A stretch of DNA of 63,968 nt, counting the filler. It is 6 parts of 6 records of this genome, joined end to end, with 100 filler letters (N's around TTAATTAATTAA, not from the genome) between each part and the next. Parts side by side here need not be neighbours in the genome. Positions count along the whole stretch, not along the records: positions 1 to 21,463 come from DRR723986_14486; positions 21,564 to 31,771 come from DRR723986_14493; 4 more parts are not named here. One strand, given 5' to 3'. Under the pieces are notes generated by a model, which saw nothing but the letters and a program-made list of their open reading frames with translations, made no database searches and was not told the DNA's origin. Position 1 is the stretch's first letter. Each line of letters starts with the position of its first letter. Below, one piece after another: positions 20,015 through 31,451 of the stretch. Made by a program: the position numbers and the translations under genes.

Positions 20015-20128
20015 GGTGAGTTCAACCGACGTCTCTCTTCACACAGGCCGGGAGCCCACAGGCTGCGGGCGGCCGACCGCTTTAGATTGACCGCCCGCGC
20101 ACCCGAGATGCTTTTTGAAAGCTCGCCC

Positions 20129-21463
20129 TCAAGCGCTTTCCATCATTTGCTGCTGGGTCAGCATTGCGGCCCCGATCAGCTCCTTGGTGTAATCGCACTT
20201 CGGCGCCTCGAAGATCGCGTCGGCGGACCCCGCTTCCACAACCTTGCCACGTTGCATCACCATCACCGTGTCGGACAGCGCGCGCACGACGGCAAGGTCA
20301 TGACTGATGAACAGATAGGTCAGGTCATGAGCCTTCTGCAGGTCACGCAGCAGTTCCACCACCTGCTTCTGGATCGTCCGGTCGAGAGCCGAGGTCGGCT
20401 CGTCGAGCACGACCAGTTCCGGCTTCAGAACCATGGTGCGGGCAATCGCGATACGCTGACGCTGTCCGCCCGAAAACTCGTGCGGATAGCGATTGCGCAT
20501 GACCGGGTCGAGTGACACTTCCTCAAGTGCCTTGCAGGCGCGCTCATCCCGCTGGCGGGCGTTGAGTGAGGGTTCGTGCACCATCAACCCTTCTGAAATG
20601 ATCTGGCCGACCGTCATACGCGGGGACAAAGACCCGAAAGGATCCTGGAAGATAAGCTGCATGTCCTTGCGAAGCGCGCGCATTTCGGAACGGTTCTTGC
20701 CGGTGATCTGCTGTCCGTGGAACACCACCCGGCCACCGGCCGGCAACAGGTTCAGCACTGCACGACCAAGGGTGGACTTGCCAGAGCCACTTTCGCCGAC
20801 AATGCCCAGTGTCTGGCCCTTGCGCAGCGAGAAACTGATGTCGTCAACCGCACGCAACACATGCTTGGGCTTCAGGAAACCGGAATCGAGCTCGAATTCC
20901 ACTTCGACCTTCTGCGCTTCCAGCAGAACAGGCGCACTGTCCGGCACCGGCAGCTTGTGGCCTGTCGGCTCCGCATCCAGAAGCATCTTTGTGTAGGGAT
21001 GCGCAGGCCGGGTGAAGATCTGCCCGGTCTCGCCGCTTTCCACCACTTCACCGGTCTTCATGACATAGACCCGGTCCGCGATACGGCGAACGATACCCAG
21101 ATCATGGGTGATGAAGATCACCGCCATGCCGAGCCGCTTTTGCAGATCCGCCAGAAGGTCCAGGATCTGCGCCTGTGTGGTGACATCGAGCGCAGTGGTC
21201 GGCTCGTCGGCAATCAGCACGTCTGGATCGTTGGCAAGCGACATTGCGATCATCACACGCTGGCGCTGGCCGCCTGACATCTCGTACGGATAGGCGTTGA
21301 TCTTGCGTTCCGGCTCGGGAATGTTGACGAGTTTCAGAAGCTCGAGGGCCTTTGCCTTGGCCGCTTTCCACGACAATCCGCCATGAACGACCATGGGCTC
21401 GGCCAGCTGCCGTCCGATGGTGTAAAGCGGGTCGAGCGAGGTCATCGGCTCCTGGAAGATCAT
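20129..21463 (-). CDS. Dipeptide/oligopeptide ABC transporter, fused double ATPase, 5' truncated
   Basis: [18 protein letters not shown] twice, GESGSGKS and DEPTSALD. Confidence 0.93.
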   Translation of the reverse strand: MIFQEPMTSLDPLYTIGRQLAEPMVVHGGLSWKAAKAKALELLKLVNIPEPERKINAYPYEMSGGQRQRVMIAMSLANDPDVLIADEPTTALDVTTQAQILDLLADLQKRLGMAVIFITHDLGIVRRIADRVYVMKTGEVVESGETGQIFTRPAHPYTKMLLDAEPTGHKLPVPDSAPVLLEAQKVEVEFELDSGFLKPKHVLRAVDDISFSLRKGQTLGIVGESGSGKSTLGRAVLNLLPAGGRVVFHGQQITGKNRSEMRALRKDMQLIFQDPFGSLSPRMTVGQIISEGLMVHEPSLNARQRDERACKALEEVSLDPVMRNRYPHEFSGGQRQRIAIARTMVLKPELVVLDEPTSALDRTIQKQVVELLRDLQKAHDLTYLFISHDLAVVRALSDTVMVMQRGKVVEAGSADAIFEAPKCDYTKELIGAAMLTQQQMMESA

Positions 21464-21563
21464 NNNNNNNNNNNNNNNNNNNNNNNNNNNNNNNNNNNNN
21501 NNNNNNNTTAATTAATTAANNNNNNNNNNNNNNNNNNNNNNNNNNNNNNNNNNNNNNNNNNNN
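21464..21563. other. Artificial contig spacer
   Basis: N-run + TTAATTAATTAA (stops in all six frames) + N-run; base composition changes across it. Confidence 0.98.
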
Positions 21564-21600
21564 CATTTTTGCTTATCTCGCGGTCATGTTTGCTGGAGTA

Positions 21601-22302
21601 TCATTCAACACTGTACGCCATTGGCCCTGTCACCTCAATGGCGCTGGGAGAAAGGCTACATTGGTAACATAAAACTTCAACGCCAGCATTGTGCGCCGCT
21701 TGTAATTCATTTGCATAAGTAGGGTCAATATGCGCTGCGGGTCGAAAATGCTTACAGTCTGTGCGTTGCACCAAATACACCATGACAGCCCGGTGGCCGT
21801 CTTGCACCATTTGAGTAAGCTCGCGCAAATGTTTGGTGCCGCGTACCGTTACCGAGTCAGGGAATTGTGCTTCCTCGTCAACCTTAAGCGTGACATTTTT
21901 AACTTCCACGTAACAAAGACCCGGGGTTTCCAACAAAATGTCAATGCGGCTATTTTCACCATATTTAACCTCGCGGCGCAGTGAGCCATAGCCTTGAAGT
22001 TCTTTAATGGTACCGTCTTCAATCGCTTGTTCAACCAAGTGGTTTGGGTGTGAGGTATTAATTCCGACAAGACCGCCGTCAATCTCGATCATCTCCCAGC
22101 GCCAATCCAGCTTAGCCTTGGGATTTTGGTTGGGCGATAGATAGACAGTGCTATCAGGCTCTTTGCAGCCAAGCATAGAACCGCTGTTGGCACAGTGCGC
22201 CACGACTACAGAGCCATCCTCAAGCTCAACATCGGCTAAAAAGCGTTTGTACCGTTTGATTAAACGCCCTTTGGTCAATTTTTCAGGAAATTTCACAATC
22301 AC
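21601..22302 (-). CDS. sfsA: DNA/RNA nuclease SfsA
   Basis: LIKRYKRFLADV, HCANSGSM, SRIDILL, YVEVKNVTL and FPDSVTVRGTKHLREL. Confidence 0.96.
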   Translation of the reverse strand: MIVKFPEKLTKGRLIKRYKRFLADVELEDGSVVVAHCANSGSMLGCKEPDSTVYLSPNQNPKAKLDWRWEMIEIDGGLVGINTSHPNHLVEQAIEDGTIKELQGYGSLRREVKYGENSRIDILLETPGLCYVEVKNVTLKVDEEAQFPDSVTVRGTKHLRELTQMVQDGHRAVMVYLVQRTDCKHFRPAAHIDPTYANELQAAHNAGVEVLCYQCSLSPSAIEVTGPMAYSVE

Positions 22303-22524
22303 ACCTTGGTTTAAACAAACGTCATGATACCACCCATATCGGGTGGCGCAACTGCAACACCCATCGAAGTTGTTACGTTCTGAGGCGGCAAAATCACCTG
22401 TTTAATATCGCTTTTCAACAGTCATTTACAGTAAATGGCTTTGATTTTGTTAATCATAGTTGGTGCCAAGCAACAATCGTAAAGTGTTTGAGCACTAAGA
22501 TACCCCCTTCACGAGGAACGACCC

Positions 22525-24702
22525 ATGACCAAAAAAATATTCTCCAGCAGTGTAAAATTTGCTGCAGGGTGCTCTATGTTGGCAATTGCTGCCGGTGCTA
22601 GCGCACAAAACACAGACACAGAATTTGCCCTTGAGGAAATTATCGTAACAGCACAGCGCCGCGAACAAAGCCTGCGCGATGTGCCAATTTCTGTTTCATC
22701 GCTTCAAGGCGAGCGCATCAATGATTTCGCGACCGGTGGTTCTGACATACGCTTGCTGTCCGCGCGCATTCCCGGTTTGAACGCTGAATCGTCAAACGGC
22801 CGTGTTGCGCCCCGTTTTTACCTTCGCGGCTTGGGTAACACAGACTTTGACTTGATCGCATCGCAGCCAGTTTCAGTTGTGATGGACGACGTTGTCATGG
22901 AAAACGTGGTTCACAAAAGCTTCCCATTGTTCGATTTGGACCGCGTTGAAGTTATTCGCGGCCCACAAGGCACACTTTTCGGGCGTAACACGCCAGCCGG
23001 TATCATCAAGTTTGATTCCCGTAAGCCTACCCAAGAGCCGAACGGTTACTTAACAGCAAGCTACGGTTCATTGGGCCAAAAGAACGTTGAAGCCGCATTT
23101 GGTGAAGGCGTTTCAGACACAGTTTCTTTCCGTCTTTCTGCTCTTTTCCAAGACCGTAACAATTACATTGATAACGCGTTCCTTGGCACAGAAGACGCAC
23201 TTGGCGGCTACACTGAAAAAGCAGCACGCGCTCAGGTATTGTACGAAACTGATAACTTCAATGCTCTTGCCATGTTCCAGTACCGCGACAATTCAGGCAC
23301 ATCTGCTTTGTTCCGCGCAAATGTTTTGACACCCGGCAGCAATGAATTGAATGAAAACTTCGTTCGGGACACTGTGTTCTTCGGTGATACGCACAATAAC
23401 CCCCAGGCTTACGAAAACTGGGGCGCTACCCTTCGGATGAACTATACGTTCGGTAACGACATCACCCTGACCTCGATCACAGCTTTCCTTGACGCATCTG
23501 GCAGCAGCCTCGGCGACATTGACGGCGGCAACCCAACGGGTCCGGGCTTTATTCCTTTCCAGTCTACAACGGCGGGTATCACGGATAATGCGGCACAGTT
23601 CACACAAGAGTTGCGCTTCTCACAGCAAGCCACTGACGAAATATTCTGGCAGGCTGGCGTTTTCTACTTTGACAGCAACAACGTTTTGGGAACTGACCCG
23701 GGCTTCATCCCTGCAACATTTGCATCGCATGATAACGAAGCATGGGCAGTATTTGGCCAAGTTGCGTATGACCTAGGCGAGGAAACTACCCTTACGGTGG
23801 GCGCACGTTACACTGACGATCAACGCAGCATGCGGTCAGTTTCAGGTGGCACTGGCGAGGTATTCCTGCGCGATGTATCTGCTGACAGGCTTAGCTGGGA
23901 CGTAGCGATCAACCACACTGCAACCGAAAATGTTTCAGTATACGCGCGCATCGCCAGCGGTTTCCGGGCTCCAACCATTCAAGGCCGGGACATTGCCTTC
24001 TTTGGTGCACCCTCTGTTGCAACGGAAGAAACAATCATTTCCTATGAAGCTGGCTTCAAAGCACAGTTGATCGAAGATCGCCTGCGCTGGAACGCTTCTG
24101 TATTCTACTGGGATGTTGATGACCTGCAAATTTCTGCTGTTGGCGGTGGCGGTAACTTCATTTCATTGATCAATGCTGAAAATGTTGTTGGCTATGGCTT
24201 TGAAACTGACATTGAATTCCTTGCAACTGAAAACCTGATGTTCACCACTGGTTTTGCTTATAACAGCACTGAAATTAAAGACCGCGGTCTTGCTGTTGGT
24301 GTTTGTGCACAATGTACAGTTCTTGACCCCGTCAATGCTAACGGTTTTGCATCAATTGATGGCAACCCATTGCCGCAGGCACCTGAATGGACACTGAATT
24401 TCACAGCAGAATACACCAAGCCTGTTGGTGACGGCGCCGAAATCTTCATGTTCACAGACTGGGCATTCCAGGGTCGTACCAACTTCTTCCTGTACGAATC
24501 CGTTGAATATACTTCAAACGGCGATTTCGAAGGCGGCTTGAAGATTGGTTACCGCTGGGAAGATAACAAATACGAGTTGGCATTCTTTGGTCGTAACATT
24601 ACAAATGAAGCCAACATCAAAGGCGGCATCGACTTCAATAACCTTACAGCCTTCTTTAACGAGCCACGGGTTATGGGTGCAGCGTTCCGCGTTAACTTCT
24701 AA
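22525..24702 (+). CDS. TonB-dependent outer-membrane receptor
   Basis: Signal peptide, LEEIIVTAQRREQSL, plug RVEVIRGPQGTLFGRNTPAG and C-terminal Phe. Confidence 0.95.
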   Translation: MTKKIFSSSVKFAAGCSMLAIAAGASAQNTDTEFALEEIIVTAQRREQSLRDVPISVSSLQGERINDFATGGSDIRLLSARIPGLNAESSNGRVAPRFYLRGLGNTDFDLIASQPVSVVMDDVVMENVVHKSFPLFDLDRVEVIRGPQGTLFGRNTPAGIIKFDSRKPTQEPNGYLTASYGSLGQKNVEAAFGEGVSDTVSFRLSALFQDRNNYIDNAFLGTEDALGGYTEKAARAQVLYETDNFNALAMFQYRDNSGTSALFRANVLTPGSNELNENFVRDTVFFGDTHNNPQAYENWGATLRMNYTFGNDITLTSITAFLDASGSSLGDIDGGNPTGPGFIPFQSTTAGITDNAAQFTQELRFSQQATDEIFWQAGVFYFDSNNVLGTDPGFIPATFASHDNEAWAVFGQVAYDLGEETTLTVGARYTDDQRSMRSVSGGTGEVFLRDVSADRLSWDVAINHTATENVSVYARIASGFRAPTIQGRDIAFFGAPSVATEETIISYEAGFKAQLIEDRLRWNASVFYWDVDDLQISAVGGGGNFISLINAENVVGYGFETDIEFLATENLMFTTGFAYNSTEIKDRGLAVGVCAQCTVLDPVNANGFASIDGNPLPQAPEWTLNFTAEYTKPVGDGAEIFMFTDWAFQGRTNFFLYESVEYTSNGDFEGGLKIGYRWEDNKYELAFFGRNITNEANIKGGIDFNNLTAFFNEPRVMGAAFRVNF

Positions 24703-24724
24703 GCTAACGCCATACTGAGTAAAG

Positions 24725-24754
24725 AAAAACGGGGGCCAAGGCCCCCGTTTTTTT
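24725..24754. terminator. Bidirectional terminator
   Basis: AAAAACGGGGGCC-AA-GGCCCCCGTTTTTTT between convergent genes. Confidence 0.88.
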
Positions 24755-24774
24755 ATGCGTGATATTGATTTACC

Positions 24775-25557
24775 TTATGCGAGACGAACCGTATGCGCCC
24801 CATCAACCGGCAGGGCAACACCTGTCGTAAAACCAGATGCATCGCTTGCCAACATCAACATTGGCGCTTCCAGTTCTTCCAACTTACCCACCCGGCGTGC
24901 AGGGGTTAACTTCACCATCGCTTTACCGTGGTCGCTGTCTAGGAAGTCAGCGTTAATCTCAGTTTTAAAATAACCGGGGCAAATAGCATTCACCCGAATA
25001 CCGAACCGCTGCCATTCAAGCGCTAAAGCCCGGGTCATTTGAACAACCCCTGCTTTACTAATTGAATATGTCGTTTGCATTGGCCCGACGCCTAACCCAA
25101 GAATAGAGGCTGTATTGATGATAGAGCCACCGCTTCCAGCTTCCATCATGCGCTTCGCAGCTTCACGGGCTACCCGCCACATACCCTTCAGATTGGTATT
25201 CATGGTTATGTCCCAGTCTTCCTCAGTGTCTTCAAGCGCCCAATTCGGAATAGCCAAGCCTGCATTGTTGCAAACAACAGTACAGGTTCCGAACGCTTCT
25301 TCCGCGGCATCAAACGCCTTGGCAACACTTTCAGCGTCTGTAACATCCATAGAAACAGCTAGCGTACGCGCACCGGTCTGGTCCGCAATGTCTTTTGCCA
25401 GCGCTTCAATTTTTTCAGCGCGGCGTGCGCCCAAAACCACGTCAGCACCCGCCTTTGCAAGCGAACGAGCAAACTGTGCCCCAATGCCGGAAGACGCCCC
25501 CACAACAATGGCAACCTTGCCTTTCAGACCAAAAGTCTCGTTTAAATAATCAGACAT
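24775..25557 (-). CDS. SDR family NAD(P)-dependent oxidoreductase
   Basis: GASSGIG, NNAG, YSISK and NAICPG. Confidence 0.93.
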   Translation of the reverse strand: MSDYLNETFGLKGKVAIVVGASSGIGAQFARSLAKAGADVVLGARRAEKIEALAKDIADQTGARTLAVSMDVTDAESVAKAFDAAEEAFGTCTVVCNNAGLAIPNWALEDTEEDWDITMNTNLKGMWRVAREAAKRMMEAGSGGSIINTASILGLGVGPMQTTYSISKAGVVQMTRALALEWQRFGIRVNAICPGYFKTEINADFLDSDHGKAMVKLTPARRVGKLEELEAPMLMLASDASGFTTGVALPVDGAHTVRLA

Positions 25558-25583
25558 TCACTACTCCTAAATTCAATTTTGGC

Positions 25584-27683
25584 CTATTTGGCGTTACTAC
25601 GGTCATATTCAGCAAACGAGCTATTGGCTTCAGCCAATTCCTTCAGCAATGGGGCTGGCTTCCACCACCGCTCGCCGTATTTTTCTGCGTTCGCCAGTAT
25701 TTTTGCATAAACGTTTTTCAAGCCAATATGATCGGCATAATGCATTGGCCCGCCCCTGTATGGTGGGAATCCATAGCCATTGGCATAAACAACGTCGATG
25801 TCGCTGGCACGGTAAGCAATGCCCTCACCCAGAATTTTAGCGCCCTCGTTAATCAACGCCAGAATACTACGCTCAACAATTTCCTCATCGGTTTTACTAA
25901 CCCGCTTTATGCCAAGTTTTGCGCTTTCTTCTTCAATAATTTTCATCACTGTTTCAGAAGGCTTGGGCACTCGGCTGCCTTCATCATAGTCATAAATACC
26001 CGCGCCTGTTTTAAGGCCTTTGCGGCCCAGTTCAACAACTCGGTCTGTCCAGTCAGTGGCACGGGTTTCATAACTTGCCCGGTCCATACCCTTGCGGTTC
26101 AGATATCCAATATCCAAACCCGCCATGTCAGACATAGTCATAGGTCCCATTGGCATACCAAAGTCGAACAAGGCTTTGTCCACTTCATGCGGCATGTTGC
26201 CTTCAATTATATTCAAACCTGCCTCGCGGCCATATTGGGCCAGCATCCTGTTACCGATAAACCCATGGCATACACCTGAAACAACACCGACCTTGCCAAT
26301 TTTCTTAGCAAGGTCAACACAGGTGGCCAGCACATCAGGCGCGGTGGCTTCAGCGCGAACAATTTCCAACAAGCGCATGACATTGGCTGGTGAAAAGAAA
26401 TGCAGGCCCAACACGTCAGCGGGGCGGCTTGTTACCTGTGCAATAGCGTCAACGTCCAGGTATGATGTATTGGAGGCCAAAATAGCGCCGGGTTTAGCTA
26501 CCGCATCAAGCGCCGTGAAAACCTTTTTCTTGATATCCATTGTTTCAAAAACAGCTTCGATGATCAAATCACAGTCTGACAAGTCATCATAGTTCATTGT
26601 GCCAGTAAAGCGGCCCATCCGCGCTTCAACCTCTTCAGCACTAATTTTACCTTTAGAAGCCGTACGTTCATAATTACCGCGCACAACGCCCAAACCACGG
26701 TCTAACGCTGCTTGCTCCACTTCAAGGATAGTGACCGGAATGCCCGCATTGGCAAAATTCATTGCGATGCCACCGCCCATGGTACCCGCACCGATAATGC
26801 CAACTTTGTTAATCTCGCGCCGCGGCGTTTCTTTGCTTATTCCCGGAATACGGGCCACCTGACGTTCGGCGAAAAACATATGTTGCAGCGCTTTTGATTG
26901 AGGGTGCACAAAACATTCGCCGATAGAAGCCCGCTCAAAAGCTAGCCCCTCTTTCAGAGGCATATTTACAGCTGCTTCAATGCACTGGATACATTTTTCA
27001 GGCGCAAAATAGCCACGTGTTTTACGGGCGATTGACTTCCTAAATCCGTCAAAGAATGCTTGATCATATTTGGAAGCGTCAATTTTCATTTCGCCGGTGC
27101 GCCGTACGCCCTTGCTAACAGCATCTTTTGCAAATTCAATCGCAGCATCAACCAAATCAGCATCAACAATTTGGTCAATCGCGCCCCAAGAGGCTGCTGT
27201 TTTCGCATTGACATGACGACCGCTTACGATTGCATCCAACGCATTTTTAACGCCAGCAATACGCGGAAAGCGCTGCGTGCCACCCGCACCTGGCAAAATT
27301 CCAAGCTTAACCTCTGGAAGACCAATTTTTGCGCTGCTGAGGGCAACCCGATAATGGCACCCCAACGCTATCTCTAAGCCACCGCCCAAGGCAGTGCCGT
27401 GAATTGCAGCCACAACGGGTTTGTCCATATCTTCAATTTTTTGCACAACATCAGGCAAATGCGGCGCTTTTGGTCCAGCCGCAAACTCTTTAATATCCGC
27501 ACCAGCAATGAATGTGCGCCCCGCACATGCAACAACAACAGCTTCAACGCCGCTGTCATCAGCACACAACTTCATATGTTCAATCAAACCCTCCCGCACG
27601 GAATGCGAAAGCGCATTAACCGGTGGGTTATCAACAGTTATCAGCGCAATATTGCCGCGCTTTTCCATAGAAACTGTGGTCAT
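25584..27683 (-). CDS. Bifunctional enoyl-CoA hydratase / 3-hydroxyacyl-CoA dehydrogenase (PimF/FadB-like)
   Basis: [41 protein letters not shown] and GFIGNR; RBS GAAGGA before ATG 27683. Confidence 0.95.
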   Translation of the reverse strand: MTTVSMEKRGNIALITVDNPPVNALSHSVREGLIEHMKLCADDSGVEAVVVACAGRTFIAGADIKEFAAGPKAPHLPDVVQKIEDMDKPVVAAIHGTALGGGLEIALGCHYRVALSSAKIGLPEVKLGILPGAGGTQRFPRIAGVKNALDAIVSGRHVNAKTAASWGAIDQIVDADLVDAAIEFAKDAVSKGVRRTGEMKIDASKYDQAFFDGFRKSIARKTRGYFAPEKCIQCIEAAVNMPLKEGLAFERASIGECFVHPQSKALQHMFFAERQVARIPGISKETPRREINKVGIIGAGTMGGGIAMNFANAGIPVTILEVEQAALDRGLGVVRGNYERTASKGKISAEEVEARMGRFTGTMNYDDLSDCDLIIEAVFETMDIKKKVFTALDAVAKPGAILASNTSYLDVDAIAQVTSRPADVLGLHFFSPANVMRLLEIVRAEATAPDVLATCVDLAKKIGKVGVVSGVCHGFIGNRMLAQYGREAGLNIIEGNMPHEVDKALFDFGMPMGPMTMSDMAGLDIGYLNRKGMDRASYETRATDWTDRVVELGRKGLKTGAGIYDYDEGSRVPKPSETVMKIIEEESAKLGIKRVSKTDEEIVERSILALINEGAKILGEGIAYRASDIDVVYANGYGFPPYRGGPMHYADHIGLKNVYAKILANAEKYGERWWKPAPLLKELAEANSSFAEYDRSNAK

Positions 27684-27849
27684 ATCTGGTCCTTCATACA
27701 ATCGAGTTTTATTTTAGTTGATACATTGGCAAGGTAGCCTGCCAGTGTTTTCAGAGTTAGAGCGAATTGAGTAACAATCCAGCAACATATTGAATAGGCT
27801 TTTGCAGAATGAGCAAATCAGAAATATGCCTCGTCTCACACAACGAGAG

Positions 27850-28260
27850 CTAGTCCATTCGGGCGATACACTCAATCTCAACCCGCGCACCCAAAGCAAG
27901 GCCAGAGGTACCCATGGCGCTTCGCGCCGGGAAAGGCGCTTTAAAAAAGGTACGGTAAACTTCGTTCATAGCCGCCCATTCTTTTATATCCGCCAGCATA
28001 ACCAAGCATTTGACTATGTTTTCCATACCCAGCCCGTTTGATTGAAGAGTTGCCTGTATATTTTCCATCGTTTGTCTGGTTTCAGGGCCAATGCCACCAG
28101 TAACCAGTTCAATCGTACCCGGTTTCACACCCAGTTCGCCAGAAAGATACAGCATGTCACCAACCCGAACAGACTTAGAGAAAGGCAACTCATCCTGTGA
28201 ATTTTGCGCTGAAACAGATGAAGACAAAACCAGCAAGCCTAAAATCATCCATATTTTCAT
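27850..28260 (-). CDS. RidA/YjgF family protein with an N-terminal signal peptide
   Basis: MKIWMILGLLVLSSSVSA followed by PFSKSVRVGDMLYLSG...MNEVY..FF..PFPARS..LALGARVEIECIA. Confidence 0.88.
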   Translation of the reverse strand: MKIWMILGLLVLSSSVSAQNSQDELPFSKSVRVGDMLYLSGELGVKPGTIELVTGGIGPETRQTMENIQATLQSNGLGMENIVKCLVMLADIKEWAAMNEVYRTFFKAPFPARSAMGTSGLALGARVEIECIARMD

Positions 28261-28446
28261 GTATTTTACCCAATTCATATGTTTGAACGCCAAGAGTGTC
28301 CGCCAGATTGTTCCACCGGTCAAGCCCAGGGCGAGCATTGTCTTTTGCATCACAAACAATCTTTAAAAAGATTACGCCTATTTATTGGACAAATGTCGTT
28401 CCCCCTCTACATTACTGGCGAAATATCAGCCGATTTGGAGACGATT

Positions 28447-29646
28447 ATGGAACTCAGCCTAACAGAAGCACAGACGGCCTTCCGCGACGAAGTCCACGCT
28501 TTCCTGGATGAGAATTTACCCGAAGACATTAAAAAGACCCAAACTTCGGGCGGTCATTTAAGCAAAGAACAACATCAACGCTGGCACAAAATTCTTGGGG
28601 ATAAAGGTTGGTCAACGCCGCTTTGGCCCAAAGAATATGGTGGCACTGGCTGGAGCCCCGTGGAATATGCGGTGTTCGACGAGGAATGCTACCGCATGGG
28701 TGCGCCGCGTGTTTTGCCCTTCAGCGTCTCAATGCTTGGACCTGTCCTGATCAATTTCGGTAACGACGAACAACGCGAGCGCTTCTTGCCCGGTATCAGA
28801 AGCGGTGAAGACTGGTGGGCACAAGGCTTCTCTGAGCCCGGCGCTGGCTCTGATCTGGCAAGCCTGAAGACCTCGGCGGTGCGCGACGGCGACCATTATG
28901 TGGTGAACGGCCAAAAAACATGGACCACACTCGGCCAGCACGGTGACTGGATTTTCTGCCTTGTTCGCACGGATACAACGGCCGCGAAACCGCAAACTGG
29001 CATATCTTTCATTCTTATAGATATGCGCGACCCCGGCGTAGAAGTTCGTCCAATCATTACACTGGATGGTTCGCACGAAGTTAATGAAGTGTGGTTCACC
29101 GACGTTCGTGTGCCGGTTGAAAACCTTGTGGGTAAGGAAAACATGGGCTGGACCTATGCAAAATTCCTGCTTCAAAACGAGCGCATTGGTATTGCGGGCA
29201 TTGGCCAGTCCAAAGAACAACTGGTCGGCCTAAGGCGTTTAGCAGCATCAGAAAAGAAAAACGGCAAGCCTCTTATTGAAGACCCAAGCTTCCGGGCAAA
29301 ACTATCTGAAGTAGAAATTGAGCTTCGCGCCTTGGACCTAACCAATAAGCGTATGCTGGTTGAAACCGAACGCGGCATGGACCCCGGACCGGTTTCATCA
29401 ATGTTGAAAATTCGCGGTAGTGAAGTGGCACAGCGCCTGTATGAGTTGAAAATGGATGCGGCAGGTCTTTACGCGCTGCCGTTCCAACCGGAAGCTGGAG
29501 ATGCGGGTTGGAACGACCAGCTTGCAGGCACCCTCGCCCAAGCCCGATCAGCACCGCATTACCTCAACACACGGAAGATCAGCATCTTTGGTGGTTCAAA
29601 CGAAATCCAGCGCAGCATCATTTCTAAAATGATGCTTGGCTTCTAG
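28447..29646 (+). CDS. Acyl-CoA dehydrogenase (PimC-like large subunit)
   Basis: WAQGFSEPGAGSDLASLKT, NGQKTWTT and SIFGGSNEIQR. Confidence 0.93.
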   Translation: MELSLTEAQTAFRDEVHAFLDENLPEDIKKTQTSGGHLSKEQHQRWHKILGDKGWSTPLWPKEYGGTGWSPVEYAVFDEECYRMGAPRVLPFSVSMLGPVLINFGNDEQRERFLPGIRSGEDWWAQGFSEPGAGSDLASLKTSAVRDGDHYVVNGQKTWTTLGQHGDWIFCLVRTDTTAAKPQTGISFILIDMRDPGVEVRPIITLDGSHEVNEVWFTDVRVPVENLVGKENMGWTYAKFLLQNERIGIAGIGQSKEQLVGLRRLAASEKKNGKPLIEDPSFRAKLSEVEIELRALDLTNKRMLVETERGMDPGPVSSMLKIRGSEVAQRLYELKMDAAGLYALPFQPEAGDAGWNDQLAGTLAQARSAPHYLNTRKISIFGGSNEIQRSIISKMMLGF

Positions 29647-29668
29647 ACCCGGAATAGAGTGTAAAACG

Positions 29669-30775
29669 ATGAATTTTGATTATTCAGAAGAACAAAAAAT
29701 GCTGGTGCAGTCGCTGGAGCGAACGCTGGCTAAAACATATGACTTTGAAACATATCGGGCGCAATTGGCCACGAAGTCCAGCCATGACCCGGCCCTATGG
29801 AACAGCCTTGCTGAACTTGGCATTATGGCCATGCCCTTACCGGAGGCTGCGGGCGGGTTTGACGGCAACCACACGGACGTAGCGCTTATTGCGGCAGAGC
29901 TTGGCCGCAGGCTTGTGCCAGAGCCATATGTAAGCAATGTGGTGCTGTCTGCATTTGTTTTAAATGCAGCTAAGGGTGATGCCTCTGTTGATCAAGTCAG
30001 CCAAATTGCAACAGGCGAAGCCAAATTCGCCGTTGGGTTTTATGAACCCGGCGAGCGACATAACCCCTTGGCTTTAAATACAAAAGCCGAAAAGTCTGGC
30101 GATAACTGGGTAATTTCTGGCCACAAAGCTGTTGTTTTGGGCGGTGATACCGCAAGCCAACTAATTATTTCTGCTGATGCGGGCGGCGCAAGCCTATTTA
30201 TAGTTCCTGCGGATGCAGATGGCTTGACTGTGCGCAAGTATCAGCTTCTCGACGGTCGCGGTGCTGCAGACCTTATTTTTGATAATGTTTCTGTCAGCGC
30301 AGATGCTCTTCTTGGAAATGCTGGTCAAGCAGAAGCCATTATTCTGGATGCTGTTGACCGCGGAGCTGCTGCGCTAGTTGCAGACTCGTTAGGCGCAATT
30401 GAAGAAATTATTGATATGACCAAAGAATATCTGCGCACGCGTACGCAATTTGGTCGGCCAATTGGCTCTTTTCAGGTCTTGGCCCACCGTATGGTTGACT
30501 TGCTGGTTGATTATGAACAAGCGAAATCAATGTCGATGGAAGCTTCTGTTGAAGCAACAAATGAAAATGTTGCTGCACGCCAGAAAGCAATTTCGGCATG
30601 CAAAGCCAAAGTGGGCGCGGTTTCTCGCAAGTTTGGCAAAGAATCAATCCAAATGCACGGTGGCATCGGTATGACCGACGAATACGCACTGGGCGCTTAT
30701 GTGAAACGGTTATTAGTGAATGAAACATTATTCGGCGACACTGATTATCATCTAGAGCGCTATTCTAGCCTTTGA
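29669..30775 (+). CDS. Acyl-CoA dehydrogenase (PimD-like small subunit)
   Basis: RTQFGRPIGSFQVLAHRMVD, IQMHGGIGMTDEY and FGDTDYHL; paired with the upstream ACAD. Confidence 0.92.
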   Translation: MNFDYSEEQKMLVQSLERTLAKTYDFETYRAQLATKSSHDPALWNSLAELGIMAMPLPEAAGGFDGNHTDVALIAAELGRRLVPEPYVSNVVLSAFVLNAAKGDASVDQVSQIATGEAKFAVGFYEPGERHNPLALNTKAEKSGDNWVISGHKAVVLGGDTASQLIISADAGGASLFIVPADADGLTVRKYQLLDGRGAADLIFDNVSVSADALLGNAGQAEAIILDAVDRGAAALVADSLGAIEEIIDMTKEYLRTRTQFGRPIGSFQVLAHRMVDLLVDYEQAKSMSMEASVEATNENVAARQKAISACKAKVGAVSRKFGKESIQMHGGIGMTDEYALGAYVKRLLVNETLFGDTDYHLERYSSL

Positions 30776-30792
30776 TGTTCTTGCTAAACCAA

Positions 30793-30820
30793 TAATGACC
30801 GGGGAAACGCCCGGTCATTA
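30793..30820. terminator. Hairpin between convergent genes
   Basis: TAATGACCGGG-GAAACG-CCCGGTCATTA. Confidence 0.7.
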
Positions 30821-30866
30821 ATACCCATCTACATTCAAAACTATTCATCAACGCATATCTCTGACA

Positions 30867-31451
30867 CTAGTCTCCAACACTTGCTGCCCATATGTTGGCC
30901 AGCACCTCTTTGTCGCCAATATCTTCCCAGTGTTTTTGGCCGGGTATCTCCCTCAAGTGCCAATTATAGGGGAAGCTCTCCCAAGGGGCACACTGCGGAA
31001 ACCTAATATCGCAAACTATCGTGCCTGCCGATGTCTCCACCGTAAGGACAGCGTGATACTGCGCATCTTCCGTGTAGGCTGTGGCCAATGAGAAAGCCGC
31101 GCTATATTCCGGCAATTTTTCTCGTAAAAGTTTCCTGAGTGTCAGGGCGAAGTCTTCGCAGTCGCCTGCGCTTCTAACGCTTAAGCTTTGCCAGTAATCA
31201 CCCTGCTCTGCAGTTGGGATAATTAGGTCTTTAACTTTATTATGAAGAAGTATTAGCTCACTTTTTGAACCTTCGTTAAGGGGCAAAACACATTCAGACG
31301 GCGACCTTTCGCACAGCGCCACATACCCATGCGGAGGCGGAACCAGTGTTCCCTCAGGCATCGCGGATTGTACATTCAATGTTTTGCAAGCGGACAAACT
31401 AACAATCAGCATTCCCAATGTAGCAATAAGCTTTATTTGTTTCATCATCAT
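30867..31451 (-). CDS. Transglutaminase-like cysteine peptidase (BTLCP / LapG-like), predicted lipoprotein
   Basis: LSAC lipobox, PPHGYVALCERSPSEC, DYW, GDCEDFAL, HAVLTV and a downstream Asp. Confidence 0.85.
   Translation of the reverse strand: MMMKQIKLIATLGMLIVSLSACKTLNVQSAMPEGTLVPPPHGYVALCERSPSECVLPLNEGSKSELILLHNKVKDLIIPTAEQGDYWQSLSVRSAGDCEDFALTLRKLLREKLPEYSAAFSLATAYTEDAQYHAVLTVETSAGTIVCDIRFPQCAPWESFPYNWHLREIPGQKHWEDIGDKEVLANIWAASVGD

Noticed and set aside
21508..21519. TTAATTAATTAA repeated five times in the window
   Set aside because: It is an artificial linker inside N-runs, not a biological repeat or CRISPR.
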